From: Rubripirellula sp.
GTDB taxonomy: Bacteria; Planctomycetota; Planctomycetia; Pirellulales; Pirellulaceae
Length of the DNA: 64,000 bases
Reading direction: 5' to 3'
NCBI GenBank assembly: GCA_965216875.1
Contig: OZ244207.1
Coordinates: 960,001-1,024,000, forward strand
Under the pieces are notes generated by a model. The model saw only the letters and a list, made by a program, of their open reading frames with translations. It had not been told where the DNA came from and searched no databases. The position numbers and the translations under genes are program-made. Each line of letters opens with the position of its first letter. The stretch's first letter is position 1. Positions 20,046-30,400 of this stretch are shown piece after piece.

Positions 20046-20080
20046 TTCTCACTCGTGTGAACCGTGCAATTCGTGGTTCC

Positions 20081-20284
20081 CTATTCAACACGTTCCAAGA
20101 CGTCCGAGACGACTTCGAGGTCGGTGTAGAACATGGCGCTCGGGTCGATCTTGTGAGCATCCAGGAATTGCTCGCGCTCTTTGACCCTCGGCGACTTGGC
20201 GATCGTGGGCAGCACGAAGCCCCAGATCACCACGATCGCGGCGATGGTTCCGAGGAATGTCACGATGCGGTTCTTCTTGGACAT
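20081..20284 (-). CDS. Small single-pass membrane protein
   Basis: 67 aa with one hydrophobic helix, 6 nt downstream of the transporter gene on the same strand. Confidence 0.7.
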   Translation of the reverse strand: MSKKNRIVTFLGTIAAIVVIWGFVLPTIAKSPRVKEREQFLDAHKIDPSAMFYTDLEVVSDVLERVE

Positions 20285-20290
20285 GTCGAT

Positions 20291-21742
20291 CTACTTGGCC
20301 CAGGTTGCGATGAAGTCTTTGAAGATCACGCCAAACATCAAGTAGGCCATCAGCAGCGTGAGGACCAGGTTTAATGATTGCCCGCAAACGTAGAGCACCA
20401 ATGGCTTGCCACCTTTGAAGTAGGGAGCCAGGTCTTTGAATCGTGTCTCCAGACCAATGCAAACGAAGGCGAGGCAGAAGAACCAGCCCCGCATCGTCTT
20501 GGAAGATCCTTTCATGGCGTCAACGACTTCGGGGCCGCCGTCCATCAATGCATGGATGATCGAGAAGACGATCGAAGCCAGGATGAATCCGATCACAAAC
20601 TTGGGAAAACGTTTCCAGATCTCAGAGACCTGTGGCTTGGTTGATCCTTCGGTGCGTTCGACACTGGTGACCCAGTAGGTTGCGATGCCAAATGCCGACA
20701 CGCCGATCAGGATGTTTTGGATCATTTTGACGGTCGCTGCGATTTCGAGCGGCCGTTCACCGGGCAACGTCGCACCGGCCACCGCAACCGCTCCCGTCGC
20801 ATCGATGGTCCCGCCGAGCCAAGCGGCTCCGACATCAAGATCCATTCCCGTGATGCGAATCACTTGGGGCAAAACGATCATCATCACGACGGTAAACGAA
20901 AGGGACATGCCGATCGCGAGCGAAAGCTCTTCCTTTTTCGCCCGACAAGCCGCCGCAGCAGCGATGGCGGCCGACACACCGCAGACCGACATGTCGGCCG
21001 AGATGACCATGTTGAGTGTTCGAGACTTCATCTTCAGCACCTTTTGCCCAAACGCATAGGTGCTGATCAAAACGATCGGTGTCACGACCCAGGCGACGAA
21101 GATGCCAGGCACGCCGAGGGCCAGCAGTCGAGACATCAAGACTTCCGCACCCAAAAGCACGAGGCCAGTCTTGATGAAAAACTCGGTCACAACGGCCGGT
21201 TTGACCCAACCGGGCGTTCCCAACGTGTTCGAAATGATCAGGCCGATCCCTAACGCCCAAAGCGCGTACTCGAGGTTGTAGGCCTTCACGACGGTTTGCG
21301 ACGCAAGCACATAGGCCACCGTTGCAAGCAGGAAGACGACGACAAATCCCGGCAAGAACTTTGCTGGCGAGTTGTCAGGGCTCTTGAGCGGCATCGCAAT
21401 GCAAAGCAACACCGCCAGGATCGCAAAGACGCCGAGGCAACCTACCAGCGGTCCCCAGTCGGTACTGCCATCTTCTTGTGGCGCGCCGAAGGCATCGATC
21501 GGACTTTCCGTCCACTTGGTCGGTTTGGCGACGTAGGCCTTGAGTGGATTGGTGGCCTCGATTGTGGCAGGTGCTTCCTCTGTCGCAGGCGTGGTGGTTG
21601 TGTTGGCGAGGACCGCGCCGAAGGAAACGATCAGCAGCGTCCACGCACACAGGACCGCCAAGAGGTCTTCCGAGATTCGCCCCTTCGTTGGTGCGTCGGA
21701 CTTTGGTGCGTCGGACGGTTCACTGTTGGGTGCGTCGGTCAT
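20291..21742 (-). CDS. YeiH/UPF0324 putative sulfate exporter family membrane protein
   Basis: Many TM helices; [48 protein letters not shown]. Confidence 0.9.
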   Translation of the reverse strand: MTDAPNSEPSDAPKSDAPTKGRISEDLLAVLCAWTLLIVSFGAVLANTTTTPATEEAPATIEATNPLKAYVAKPTKWTESPIDAFGAPQEDGSTDWGPLVGCLGVFAILAVLLCIAMPLKSPDNSPAKFLPGFVVVFLLATVAYVLASQTVVKAYNLEYALWALGIGLIISNTLGTPGWVKPAVVTEFFIKTGLVLLGAEVLMSRLLALGVPGIFVAWVVTPIVLISTYAFGQKVLKMKSRTLNMVISADMSVCGVSAAIAAAAACRAKKEELSLAIGMSLSFTVVMMIVLPQVIRITGMDLDVGAAWLGGTIDATGAVAVAGATLPGERPLEIAATVKMIQNILIGVSAFGIATYWVTSVERTEGSTKPQVSEIWKRFPKFVIGFILASIVFSIIHALMDGGPEVVDAMKGSSKTMRGWFFCLAFVCIGLETRFKDLAPYFKGGKPLVLYVCGQSLNLVLTLLMAYLMFGVIFKDFIATWAK

Positions 21743-21790
21743 CGGAGGGCTCGGGGGGAGGGGAAGAAAGCTCTAATCTGCTCGTCTCAA

Positions 21791-21967
21791 CACTCTCCCT
21801 TGGGAGAGTCGGGCTCTCAGGCCTGGAGAGGGTCTTTCTGTTGGGGGTGATTCCCTCCCTGGGCTTTAGCGTCCGACCCTCCCGTAAGTGGGAGGGTGTT
21901 TGCTGCCAGTTCGTAGTACCGAGCTCTAGCCGGAATCTTCTCGCATTCCGCCTAAAGGCGGGACTAC
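21791..21967. repeat. Composite of the 106 bp CCCTC-type repeat and the 55 bp GTAG REP doublet
   Basis: 21791-21898 matches 6249-6354; 21913-21967 matches 4847-4901. Confidence 0.85.
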
Positions 21968-22017
21968 AAACGATTGTGGAGGGTGGTTCAGCAGTGCATC
22001 GCCACAAACGCCGTCGT

Positions 22018-24069
22018 CTACGACAGCAGGCTTGCCGACAGTTCTTTCTCGCATGCACCGACAACTTGACCGATCAATGTGTCGGCCTCTTTGCCGCTCA
22101 GGGTCGCATCGTGCTTTTGCAGTTCGACGGTCAATAGGATCCGTTTGCGGTCCGGTCCGTCTTTCTTTTCGTCTCGGTAGGTTTCGCGGTAGGTCACGCC
22201 GGCAAGTTCGCTGCCAACTGCCGCTCGGACGACGTTTTCCATTTCTGCCCAAGCCACCGACTCGGCGACGACAAAGTTCAGGTCGCGTTGCATCGACGGG
22301 AACGTGCTGACGCTCTTTTGTTGTGGGACCAACTGTGAGACTTCAAGCAGGACGGGGAGCGACAACTCGGCGGCCACGGTTGCGTTTGGCAACTTGTGCG
22401 CTTTGAGCACGGAGCCATCGACAATCCCCAGGTACCCGAGAACGCGGTCGTCGATCTTCAACTCGACGACGCCGCCCTTGGCGAATCCGTCACGGTCTAC
22501 CTTTTCGACATGGATCTGTGATTCGATTCCCATGCGATTGCAAAGGGTCTCGAGGATGCCTTTGAGTTCAAAGTACTCACAGCCAGCGACGATGCCGAGT
22601 GAGTACTGTTCGCTTGGCAGTGTGTCGCCCTTGTCGCTGGGCAAATAGATATGAGCAATCTCGAAGAGGTCAGCTTCGATACTGGCTTTGGCCCAGTTGA
22701 GCGCGCGGCCTTCGATCAAGCTTGGGATCAATGAACGTCGGATGCGCCGCGATCCTTCGAGCATCGCGGTTTGCGTTTGCAGGGCGGGCCGGTCCGTCCA
22801 AGGGCTGATCGATTCGTCGAGCTTTTTGACAACCACACTCGGTGTCATCGCTTCGCTGAGGCCGACGGAGGTCAAAACACCTCGCACCCGTTCCATCGCG
22901 ACATCGAAGGGACGCTTTACACTTGGGGCAACGGGGACCGGCGAATCCTCGGGGATTTGGTCGTAGCCATGAATCCGCGCGACCTCTTCGATCAAGTCGG
23001 CTTCGCGTGTCAGGTCATGGCGCCAAGTTGGCGGGATGTAGTTGGTTGCATCAGCCGAAGCTGCATCGGCACTGCAACCGAGTTCCTTCAAGATGCGTTC
23101 GACTTCCGCTGGCTCGATCTTGATACCGAGGATGCGTTCGAGCTGTGACAGGCGAAGGACGATCCGTTCCCGTGGTGGGATCGTCGCCGCGGTGTCGATC
23201 ACGCCATCGACGACTTCACCGCCAGCAATGTCGGTGATGATGTCGCAAACGCGTTGGCTGGCCCAGTCGACACCGACCGGATCAACTTTGCGCTCGAACC
23301 GGTACGACGAAGGGCTATGCAGTTTCAATCGACGGGCGGTGCGTCGTACAAAGAGTGGTGTGAAGATTGCGGCCTCGATCACCAAGTCGGTGGTCGATTC
23401 GGAAACTTCCGAGTTCGCACCGCCCATCACACCCGCAACGGCTTCGGCATGGTTGGCATCGGCGATCACGCACATCGACTCATCAAGTTCGTAGTCTTTG
23501 TGGTCGATCGCTTTGATCTTCTCGCCCTTTTGGCCCGGGCGGACGACGATTTTCTGGTCGGCGATTTTCGAGTGGTCAAACGCGTGCAGCGGTTGGCCGC
23601 ATTCCATCAACACATAGTTGGTTGCATCGACGATGTTGTTGACCGGTTGGAAGTGTTTGATCTTGCCATCTTTTTCCTTCCAGAACACCGATCGCAGTGC
23701 TTCGACCATCCAATCAGGGCTCGGGCCAACTTTGACGCCTTGAATGACGCGAGCGGTATAGCGAGGGCAAGCTTCGAGGAACTGGTTCTCTACGCTCAGC
23801 ATCGAGTCGATCGACGTGCCGTTGGTCTTCAGGTTGACTGCGGGTTTGTTGAGTTGTTCGCCGTAGAGGACGCTGATCTCGCGAGCGACGCCGATGTGGC
23901 CCAGGCAGTCACCGCGATTACTGGTCACTTCCAAATCGATCACGATATCGTCATCGATCTCGGTCGTGCCTTCGTGGTTGAGTCCCGTCAGGCTCAATCG
24001 CAATGCCAACTCTTCATGAGTCACAGGCACTTTGACGTACTTGGACAACCATTTCAGCGAGACAAGCAT
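22018..24069 (-). CDS. pheT: Phenylalanine--tRNA ligase beta subunit (short form)
   Basis: MLVSLKWL, EVTSNRGDCLG, NNIVDATNYVLMECGQPLHAFD, PPTWRHDL..EADLIEEVARIHGY and a C-terminal FDX-ACB domain. Confidence 0.96.
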   Translation of the reverse strand: MLVSLKWLSKYVKVPVTHEELALRLSLTGLNHEGTTEIDDDIVIDLEVTSNRGDCLGHIGVAREISVLYGEQLNKPAVNLKTNGTSIDSMLSVENQFLEACPRYTARVIQGVKVGPSPDWMVEALRSVFWKEKDGKIKHFQPVNNIVDATNYVLMECGQPLHAFDHSKIADQKIVVRPGQKGEKIKAIDHKDYELDESMCVIADANHAEAVAGVMGGANSEVSESTTDLVIEAAIFTPLFVRRTARRLKLHSPSSYRFERKVDPVGVDWASQRVCDIITDIAGGEVVDGVIDTAATIPPRERIVLRLSQLERILGIKIEPAEVERILKELGCSADAASADATNYIPPTWRHDLTREADLIEEVARIHGYDQIPEDSPVPVAPSVKRPFDVAMERVRGVLTSVGLSEAMTPSVVVKKLDESISPWTDRPALQTQTAMLEGSRRIRRSLIPSLIEGRALNWAKASIEADLFEIAHIYLPSDKGDTLPSEQYSLGIVAGCEYFELKGILETLCNRMGIESQIHVEKVDRDGFAKGGVVELKIDDRVLGYLGIVDGSVLKAHKLPNATVAAELSLPVLLEVSQLVPQQKSVSTFPSMQRDLNFVVAESVAWAEMENVVRAAVGSELAGVTYRETYRDEKKDGPDRKRILLTVELQKHDATLSGKEADTLIGQVVGACEKELSASLLS

Positions 24070-24117
24070 GGTGTGACACCAACGTGTTGGATGAACTTTG
24101 AGCGGTGGAGAGCTGGA

Positions 24118-25146
24118 CTAGAACTGGCGCAGGAAGCGGAGGTCGCCGCTGTACAAATCGCGGATGTCTTTGATGCCGTGGCGACGCATGCAGAGCCTTT
24201 CGATGCCGAGGCCGAACGCGAAGCCGCTGTACTGTTCGGGATCGTAGCCAACCGCTTGGAAGACGGCCGGGTCGACCATGCCTGCGCCACCGAATTCAAT
24301 CCATTCGCCATCCCAGAAGAAGTCGACTTCGACGCTTGGTTCAGTGAATGGGAAGAAGGAAGGGCGGAATCGAATTTCGACGTCGTCGCCCAAATAATTG
24401 GTTGCGAAGACGCGGAGGACGGTCTTTAAGTTGGCCATCGTCACATTTCTGTCGACCAACAAACCTTCCATCTGATGGAACATCGGAAAGTGGGTGCGGT
24501 CGGCTTCGTCCGGCCGATAGACGCGGCCGAGCGAAATGACACGAATCGGTGGCTCGCGGTTTTCCATCACCCGAATTTGAACCGTGCTCGTCTGGCTGCG
24601 AAGCAACTGGGTTCCTTCGACGCTGCGATCGTTCGCTGCGGCAGCGGTTGCCAGGTAGAAGTTGTCCAGCGGGTCGCGAGCCGGATGGTCCTCGGGAATG
24701 TTGAGTGCGACGAAGTTGTGGTGAGGGTCTTCGACCTCGGGGCCTTCGGCCGCTTCGAATCCCATCCGTCCCATGATCTCCATCAGGTGGTTGATCGTTT
24801 GGGTGATCGGATGGATGTGTCCCATGTTGGGACGAACACCAGGAAGCGTTGGGTCGAAGTGGGGATCAACGCCGCCGTCATCGCTACCGCCGAGTCGCGA
24901 CTGGGACGCTTCGAAAGCGGCTTGGATCGTTGATCGGAATGCGTTGAGCCGTTTGCCAGCCTCGGGACGCTCGCTTTTGTCGAGCGCGCCCATTTGCTTC
25001 GACACGTCGCGAAGGGCGCCCTTCTTTTGTCCCAGGTATTGAACGCGAGCCGCTTCAAGCGAATCGGCATCGCCAGCTGATTCGAATGCCGACGACGCTT
25101 CTTCCTGAAGTGAATCGAGCGTCGCAAGAAAATCCTGCAGAGTCAT
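24118..25146 (-). CDS. pheS: Phenylalanine--tRNA ligase alpha subunit
   Basis: HPARD, LLRSQTSTVQIR, GRVYR, HFPMFHQMEG, FRPSFFPFTEPS, GFAFGLGIERL. Confidence 0.97.
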   Translation of the reverse strand: MTLQDFLATLDSLQEEASSAFESAGDADSLEAARVQYLGQKKGALRDVSKQMGALDKSERPEAGKRLNAFRSTIQAAFEASQSRLGGSDDGGVDPHFDPTLPGVRPNMGHIHPITQTINHLMEIMGRMGFEAAEGPEVEDPHHNFVALNIPEDHPARDPLDNFYLATAAAANDRSVEGTQLLRSQTSTVQIRVMENREPPIRVISLGRVYRPDEADRTHFPMFHQMEGLLVDRNVTMANLKTVLRVFATNYLGDDVEIRFRPSFFPFTEPSVEVDFFWDGEWIEFGGAGMVDPAVFQAVGYDPEQYSGFAFGLGIERLCMRRHGIKDIRDLYSGDLRFLRQF

Positions 25147-25294
25147 GACCGCCACATGGGTTGCGTTGTTGGCGATTGAAAGAACGGTGGTTCACTCAGA
25201 TGCGAACGCGTTTTTGAGCCACCGTCGGACTCGCTGCTGAGGTTTGACTCATCGAGCAAGTCCGGTGACGGTTCGCGTTTCGATGAACCGCAAA

Positions 25295-25663
25295 CTATGC
25301 CGTAGGAGCAGCTTCCAAGGCTTCTTTGGCCTTGTCGCAAACGTCCTTAAAGCCAGCTTCGTCGTGGATCGCCATTTCCGACAGCGTCTTGCGGTCAAGT
25401 TCAATGCCAGCGAGCTTGAGGCCGTGGATGAACTGGCTGTATCGCAGGCCATGCTGACGAGCAGCGGCGTTGATACGGGTGATCCAGAGTTTGCGGAAAT
25501 CACGTTTTCGGACACGTCGATCGCGGAAGGCGTATGCACCACTGCGAAGCAACGACTCTTTGACGGTTCGCGTCAGTTTGCTGCGGCCGCCGCGGTAACC
25601 CTTGGCGCGCTTAAAGAGACGTTTTTTGGACTTATTACGGGCTGAACCGGTAGTGGTACGCAT
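25295..25663 (-). CDS. rplT: 50S ribosomal protein L20
   Basis: [51 protein letters not shown]. Confidence 0.98.
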   Translation of the reverse strand: MRTTTGSARNKSKKRLFKRAKGYRGGRSKLTRTVKESLLRSGAYAFRDRRVRKRDFRKLWITRINAAARQHGLRYSQFIHGLKLAGIELDRKTLSEMAIHDEAGFKDVCDKAKEALEAAPTA

Positions 25664-25844
25664 CGCGCTGTTCCTATCGCAATCGTGGTGATGTGTGTCT
25701 TTCGTATTTCCGGCTCAGGCCCCGTGGCAGCTATCGGCCACGATGTTTTGCCCAACCGAATGGAAACGTGATGTTCCTGGAAAGAATGGGGAGTGATGAA
25801 TCGGTTTGAGTCGAAGTCGCCTCCTGTGGAAGCGACCCATCGGC

Positions 25845-26060
25845 TCAATAGCTGTTGCCGTTCAGGGCCGCGTGAATCGTCGGCTCCATGCACGGATCGA
25901 CCGCTGTGGTTCCACGCAGGTTGCGACGGCGCTTCTTGCTCAGACCCTGAGCCAAGTGGCTGGTACCACTGCTGCGATGCATCGCTTTGCCCTTTGCGGA
26001 CAAACGAAATCGCTTTTTGGTGCCTTTGTGGGTCTTAACTTTGGACTTTCCTTTAGCCAT
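25845..26060 (-). CDS. rpmI: 50S ribosomal protein L35
   Basis: KVKTHKGTKKRF...SHL...KKRRRNLR, upstream of rplT. Confidence 0.96.
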   Translation of the reverse strand: MAKGKSKVKTHKGTKKRFRLSAKGKAMHRSSGTSHLAQGLSKKRRRNLRGTTAVDPCMEPTIHAALNGNSY

Positions 26061-26334
26061 CGTTCTTCAATCTGTGTTGGATCTATTCGTAAAAAAGCAG
26101 GCTGAATCTCTATGATCGGCCGCAGGTCGAATTGAGTTGAATCGCGGAGAATACCGCACGAGCGGGTGTTTGGGAAGTGCTAATTCACAGTTCGACGTGC
26201 GTCAGCAAGCGTTTTAACACTCTCCCTTGGGAGAGTCGGGCTCTCAGGCCCGGAGAGGGTTTGTTTTGTAGCGATTATTCCCTCCCCGGACTTTGCGTCC
26301 GACCCTCCCACAAGCGGGAGGGTGTTTGCTCGGC

Positions 26335-27231
26335 TCACCCCAAAACCGCGTTCATTTCGTCGGTTGCCGCTGCCACGGCGTCTTGCCAGCGGTCGTCGCC
26401 GAACTTTTCCTTAAACTCGTCGCGGGCGTGGGCGAAAATGATGTGCCGGGAACTATTTACGACTGCCCCCAGGCCATCGGCGTCAAAACCGGCCTTCACG
26501 TCATCGGCCGAACCCCCTTGAGCCCCGAAGCCAGGAATCAGGATCCAGCTTGTCGGCATCGCCGCCCGCATCTCGGAGAGCTGTTCGGGGTAGGTGGCTC
26601 CAACCACCGCACCGACGGGGCCGTATCCCGATTGGCCTTTGCGTGTCGAATTCAGCTCGGCGATCAGGTCGGCGACAGCGGCATAGACTGTTTGCCCTTC
26701 CGTCGTCCGGTCTTGCAGCAGACCACCACCCGGATTCGAGGTTTTTACAAGCACAAAGATGCCGGCATCGCGCGCGTCGCAGACTTCGACAAAGGGTTCC
26801 AGACTATCGCGTCCCAAGTAGGGCGAAACGGTCAGCGAGTCGCTGCCCCACGGGCTCGACGAACCGGCACCGAGGTAGGCGTCCGCATAGGCGGTTGCGG
26901 TACTGCCGATGTCGTTGCGTTTTCCGTCCGTGATGACTAGCAGCCCTTTTCGGTTGGCGTACTTGATCACTTCGCCCAGTGCGACCATGCCGGCCGGCCC
27001 GAGCTGTTCGAAAAAGGCCGCTTGCGGTTTCAAGCACGGGACTTTGTCAGCGACGACGTCAATGATCTCGGTGCAAAACTGGGTGTAGGCTGCCGCCCAC
27101 GCATCGCCCGAATCGTTGGCAACCGAGTCTCGCAGCGGTGCTGGCAGTTGTTTCTTGCGAGGATCGAGGCCGACACAGGTGACCGATCCTGTTTTTTTCA
27201 CGGCAGCAGCAAGTCGATCAGCAAATGACAT
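26335..27231 (-). CDS. pyrF: Orotidine-5'-phosphate decarboxylase (type 2)
   Basis: CVGLDP, KPQAAFFE, DGKRNDIGST, VSPYLG, LVKTSNPG, GAVVGAT, LIPGFGAQGG, VNSSR. Confidence 0.95.
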   Translation of the reverse strand: MSFADRLAAAVKKTGSVTCVGLDPRKKQLPAPLRDSVANDSGDAWAAAYTQFCTEIIDVVADKVPCLKPQAAFFEQLGPAGMVALGEVIKYANRKGLLVITDGKRNDIGSTATAYADAYLGAGSSSPWGSDSLTVSPYLGRDSLEPFVEVCDARDAGIFVLVKTSNPGGGLLQDRTTEGQTVYAAVADLIAELNSTRKGQSGYGPVGAVVGATYPEQLSEMRAAMPTSWILIPGFGAQGGSADDVKAGFDADGLGAVVNSSRHIIFAHARDEFKEKFGDDRWQDAVAAATDEMNAVLG

Positions 27232-27401
27232 CGAGGCAAATCCTTTTCCAGCCCAAGCAGATAGCGGGGCAGCAAAGAGCGAGGCTTCAAAGAGCAAACG
27301 GGGCAACGAACAAGCAACAGTTTGCCCGCAACCGTTTCCATGACAAGCCCTCTGGCAAGGCACGGGGCTTTGGAAAGAGGCCAAGCAATGGACTCGCTGG
27401 T

Positions 27402-30400
27402 CTACGTACCGAAGCGACTGCGGAATTGGGCGAAGTCGAACAGTTCGATCGCTCCGTTGCCGTTGGAGTCGAAGCCTGCGTCAAAGTTAGGGTTGCCACT
27501 GCTTGTTCCGTAGGCGGCGCGAAAGGCTGCAAAGTCGAATAGATTCACGCTGCGATCGCCCGTGATGTCACCAAACTTGCGGAAGAAGGTGTCGGCCGCT
27601 TCGTCTCCGAATCGATAGTCATTCGTCATTGCTGCACCGCCTCCAGCAAGTTGCACCTGCGAGCTGTCGATAACAAGTTCGTACTCGCCGTCGTAAAGCG
27701 AGTTGGGGGCATTGGGGAATTCGTGGACGCCGACACCCGGATTGAATTCAATCACGCTCACCGTTCGACCATCCACGACGCTGGATTGGACGTCGAGACT
27801 TGCGACAGTCTCGCCCGTTCCTCGATTGGTCACCGCGAAGGCGGACGCCGGCGCCGTGACTTCTTGGTCAAAGTGGACGGTCAACCGCGAAACGGTCGAG
27901 CGTTGTCCAAGGCCATCGTTGATCAAGATGCTGTCGACCACCTCGGGATTGCTGATCGAGACGCGGTAGTCTTCGACCTCGCCATCGGCAGCCAACCCGC
28001 TGGGGCCAAGACCACCGCTGCTACTGACCCGAACGCGCGCGATGACGTCGGCGGGGTCGAGGCTTGCCGGAAGGTTGTAGTTCAAAGTTTGTAGGCCAGC
28101 AGTCAGCGCAACCGCGTCGAGGATCTTTTCGTCGGCTTGGAAAACACCGTCGCCATCAAAGTCGATCCATGCATCGGCAAAACCGGTACTCGTCCCTTGC
28201 AAGTCAAGGTTGACTCCGGCCATGGCGCTACCAGCGTTGATTTCTCCAAACAGAACACCGTCTTCGTCAGTTCCGTCTCCGGAGGCATCGGCTGTGGGTT
28301 GCCCATCCGGTTCGGTGTCGCGGCTGTCGCCCAGCCGCGGTCCGCGATCGGCGTGTCGCGCGCCGTCTTCGGAATGCAACGTCGCAAACGTGTTGGGCGC
28401 ATCGCCGTAGTCAAAGCCGATGTCATCGGTGCGAGTGATGGAGAGTCGCGTCCATGCCCAACCCGGTGTCGCGTCGGTATCGTCGCCACTGTCAGCGATC
28501 TCGAGGTTGAGCACGCCATCGATGACTGCGATGTTGCTGCCCGACGCATAGGGGAATGAACCTGCAGCGGCATCGACATCAGCGGCCAGTACAACGCCTT
28601 CGGCGCGCAGGGACATGTTGTCACGCAGCGTAATGCCACCGCCGAGGTTGGTGGTGATGTTGTAGTAGCCGTTGGGGACGTTGAGGTTGAGCGTTCGTGT
28701 TTGGGTGCTGGTCGCGTAGTCGCGGTTGATGTCGTTATTGTTGACTTCGGGGTGGTAACCCGAGTCGACACCGCCGGTCCACCAAACGTCGCCATGAGTC
28801 CGAGGCGTGATTCCGATCCAGCCAGGCTGCACGGGCGATTCGAACGTTCCGATGTCGAAGTTGAACTGCGTTTGCGCTGGGTCAAGGACGGTCGGCAGGT
28901 CACGGGTTCGTATCAACGTGAGTCGAGTCCACGCCCAACCTGGAGTTGCCTCGGCTTCGTCACCGGTGTCACTTATCTCAAGCTGCATCAATCCGTCCTC
29001 GACCAAGAGGTCGGTGCCGGAGGCATAAGGGAACGAGCCTGCCGGAGCGTCGACATCGGAGGCCAATACGACGTCTTGGGCGCGGAGGACCATGTTGTCT
29101 CGAAGGGCGATGCCACCGCCGAGGTTGGTGGTGACGGTGTAATAGCCGTTGGGCACGCGCAGGTTGAGCGTCCGCGTTTGCGTGCTCGTGATGTAGTCGC
29201 GATTGATGTTGTTGTTATTGACTTCGGGGTGGTACGCGGCATCAACATCCCCGCTCCACCAGACGTCGCCTTCAATTTCGTCGTGGATGCGTGTCCAGCC
29301 AGGGTGCACCGGTGATTCGGTCGTGCCCAGATCAAAGTCGAATCGGTTTTGATCTTGATTGAGATACAGTGGCGCTTCGCCTGTTTTCCGGATGATGATT
29401 CGCGTGATGTTCGCCGAGAAACCACGAGTGGCAATGTCGAGATTCAGTTCGCCATCGGTCACCGTCACATCATTGAGCGTGTAGTTGGTGAAGGTCTGCG
29501 GGGAGTGTCCTTGCGTGCGTAGCGTGACTGCTGCTTCCGCAGTCAAGTCCATCGAGTCGGTGTTTTCGGTCGCATCACCAACGGTCAACATGATTTGGTA
29601 GACACCACTGGCAAGCTTGTGCGAAAACGTCGACGGCGAACGCAACCGGATGTGGTCGCGGTTCATGGCGTTGACACCAGAGATCGACCCACGGTCGCGC
29701 GACTCGACATCGTTGGGGCCGCTGGACTCAAAGCCCAAGTCGCCGAACGTTTGGTCGGACAAACGTTGGTAGTCGTCGCTTGGATGGACGAACAGCGGTG
29801 AAGTCGCTGTGCCTACGTCGTAGAAGTAGGCCGATTGGCTCAGGTTGATCGTGGTTGGCGCATTGACCGTGATGTGCACCGCGCCCCATTCCTGCGCGCC
29901 GGCAGTGTCAATGACGTTGTAGTGGAAGAAGTCGTCGCCATTGAATCCGGCAGGCGGTGTGTAGACCAATTCATTGCGCCCGCCAGGGCCCGTTCCAGCC
30001 GAAAGCGAGATCGTGCCACCACGGTAGCTGACCGTGTCGCGCAGGCGGGCATCCAAGACGTCGTTGTTGGCGTCAAAGTCATTGGCGACGACATCAATCG
30101 TGGTTGCTCCGCCGTTGGTCGTCACAATGTCAACGTTGCCAAACGGTTTGATGTTGCCCGGGTTGGCAATGAGGTCGCCGTGTCCCTGTTTGCCTTGCAG
30201 TACGCCGAAGACTTGGTTTGCCTCGCCTGATGACATGCGGCCGATGTTGTGTGTCCCGCTACCGTGCATAATGCTGATGAAGTTCCCGCTGCCGCCCGAA
30301 GCCGCACCGTTGCTTCGCGGCCGGTACTCATAAAACGATGGCGAACGCGTGCTTGGGACGTGACCCAAACTCCACGAGTGCCCGAACTCATGCACGAGCG

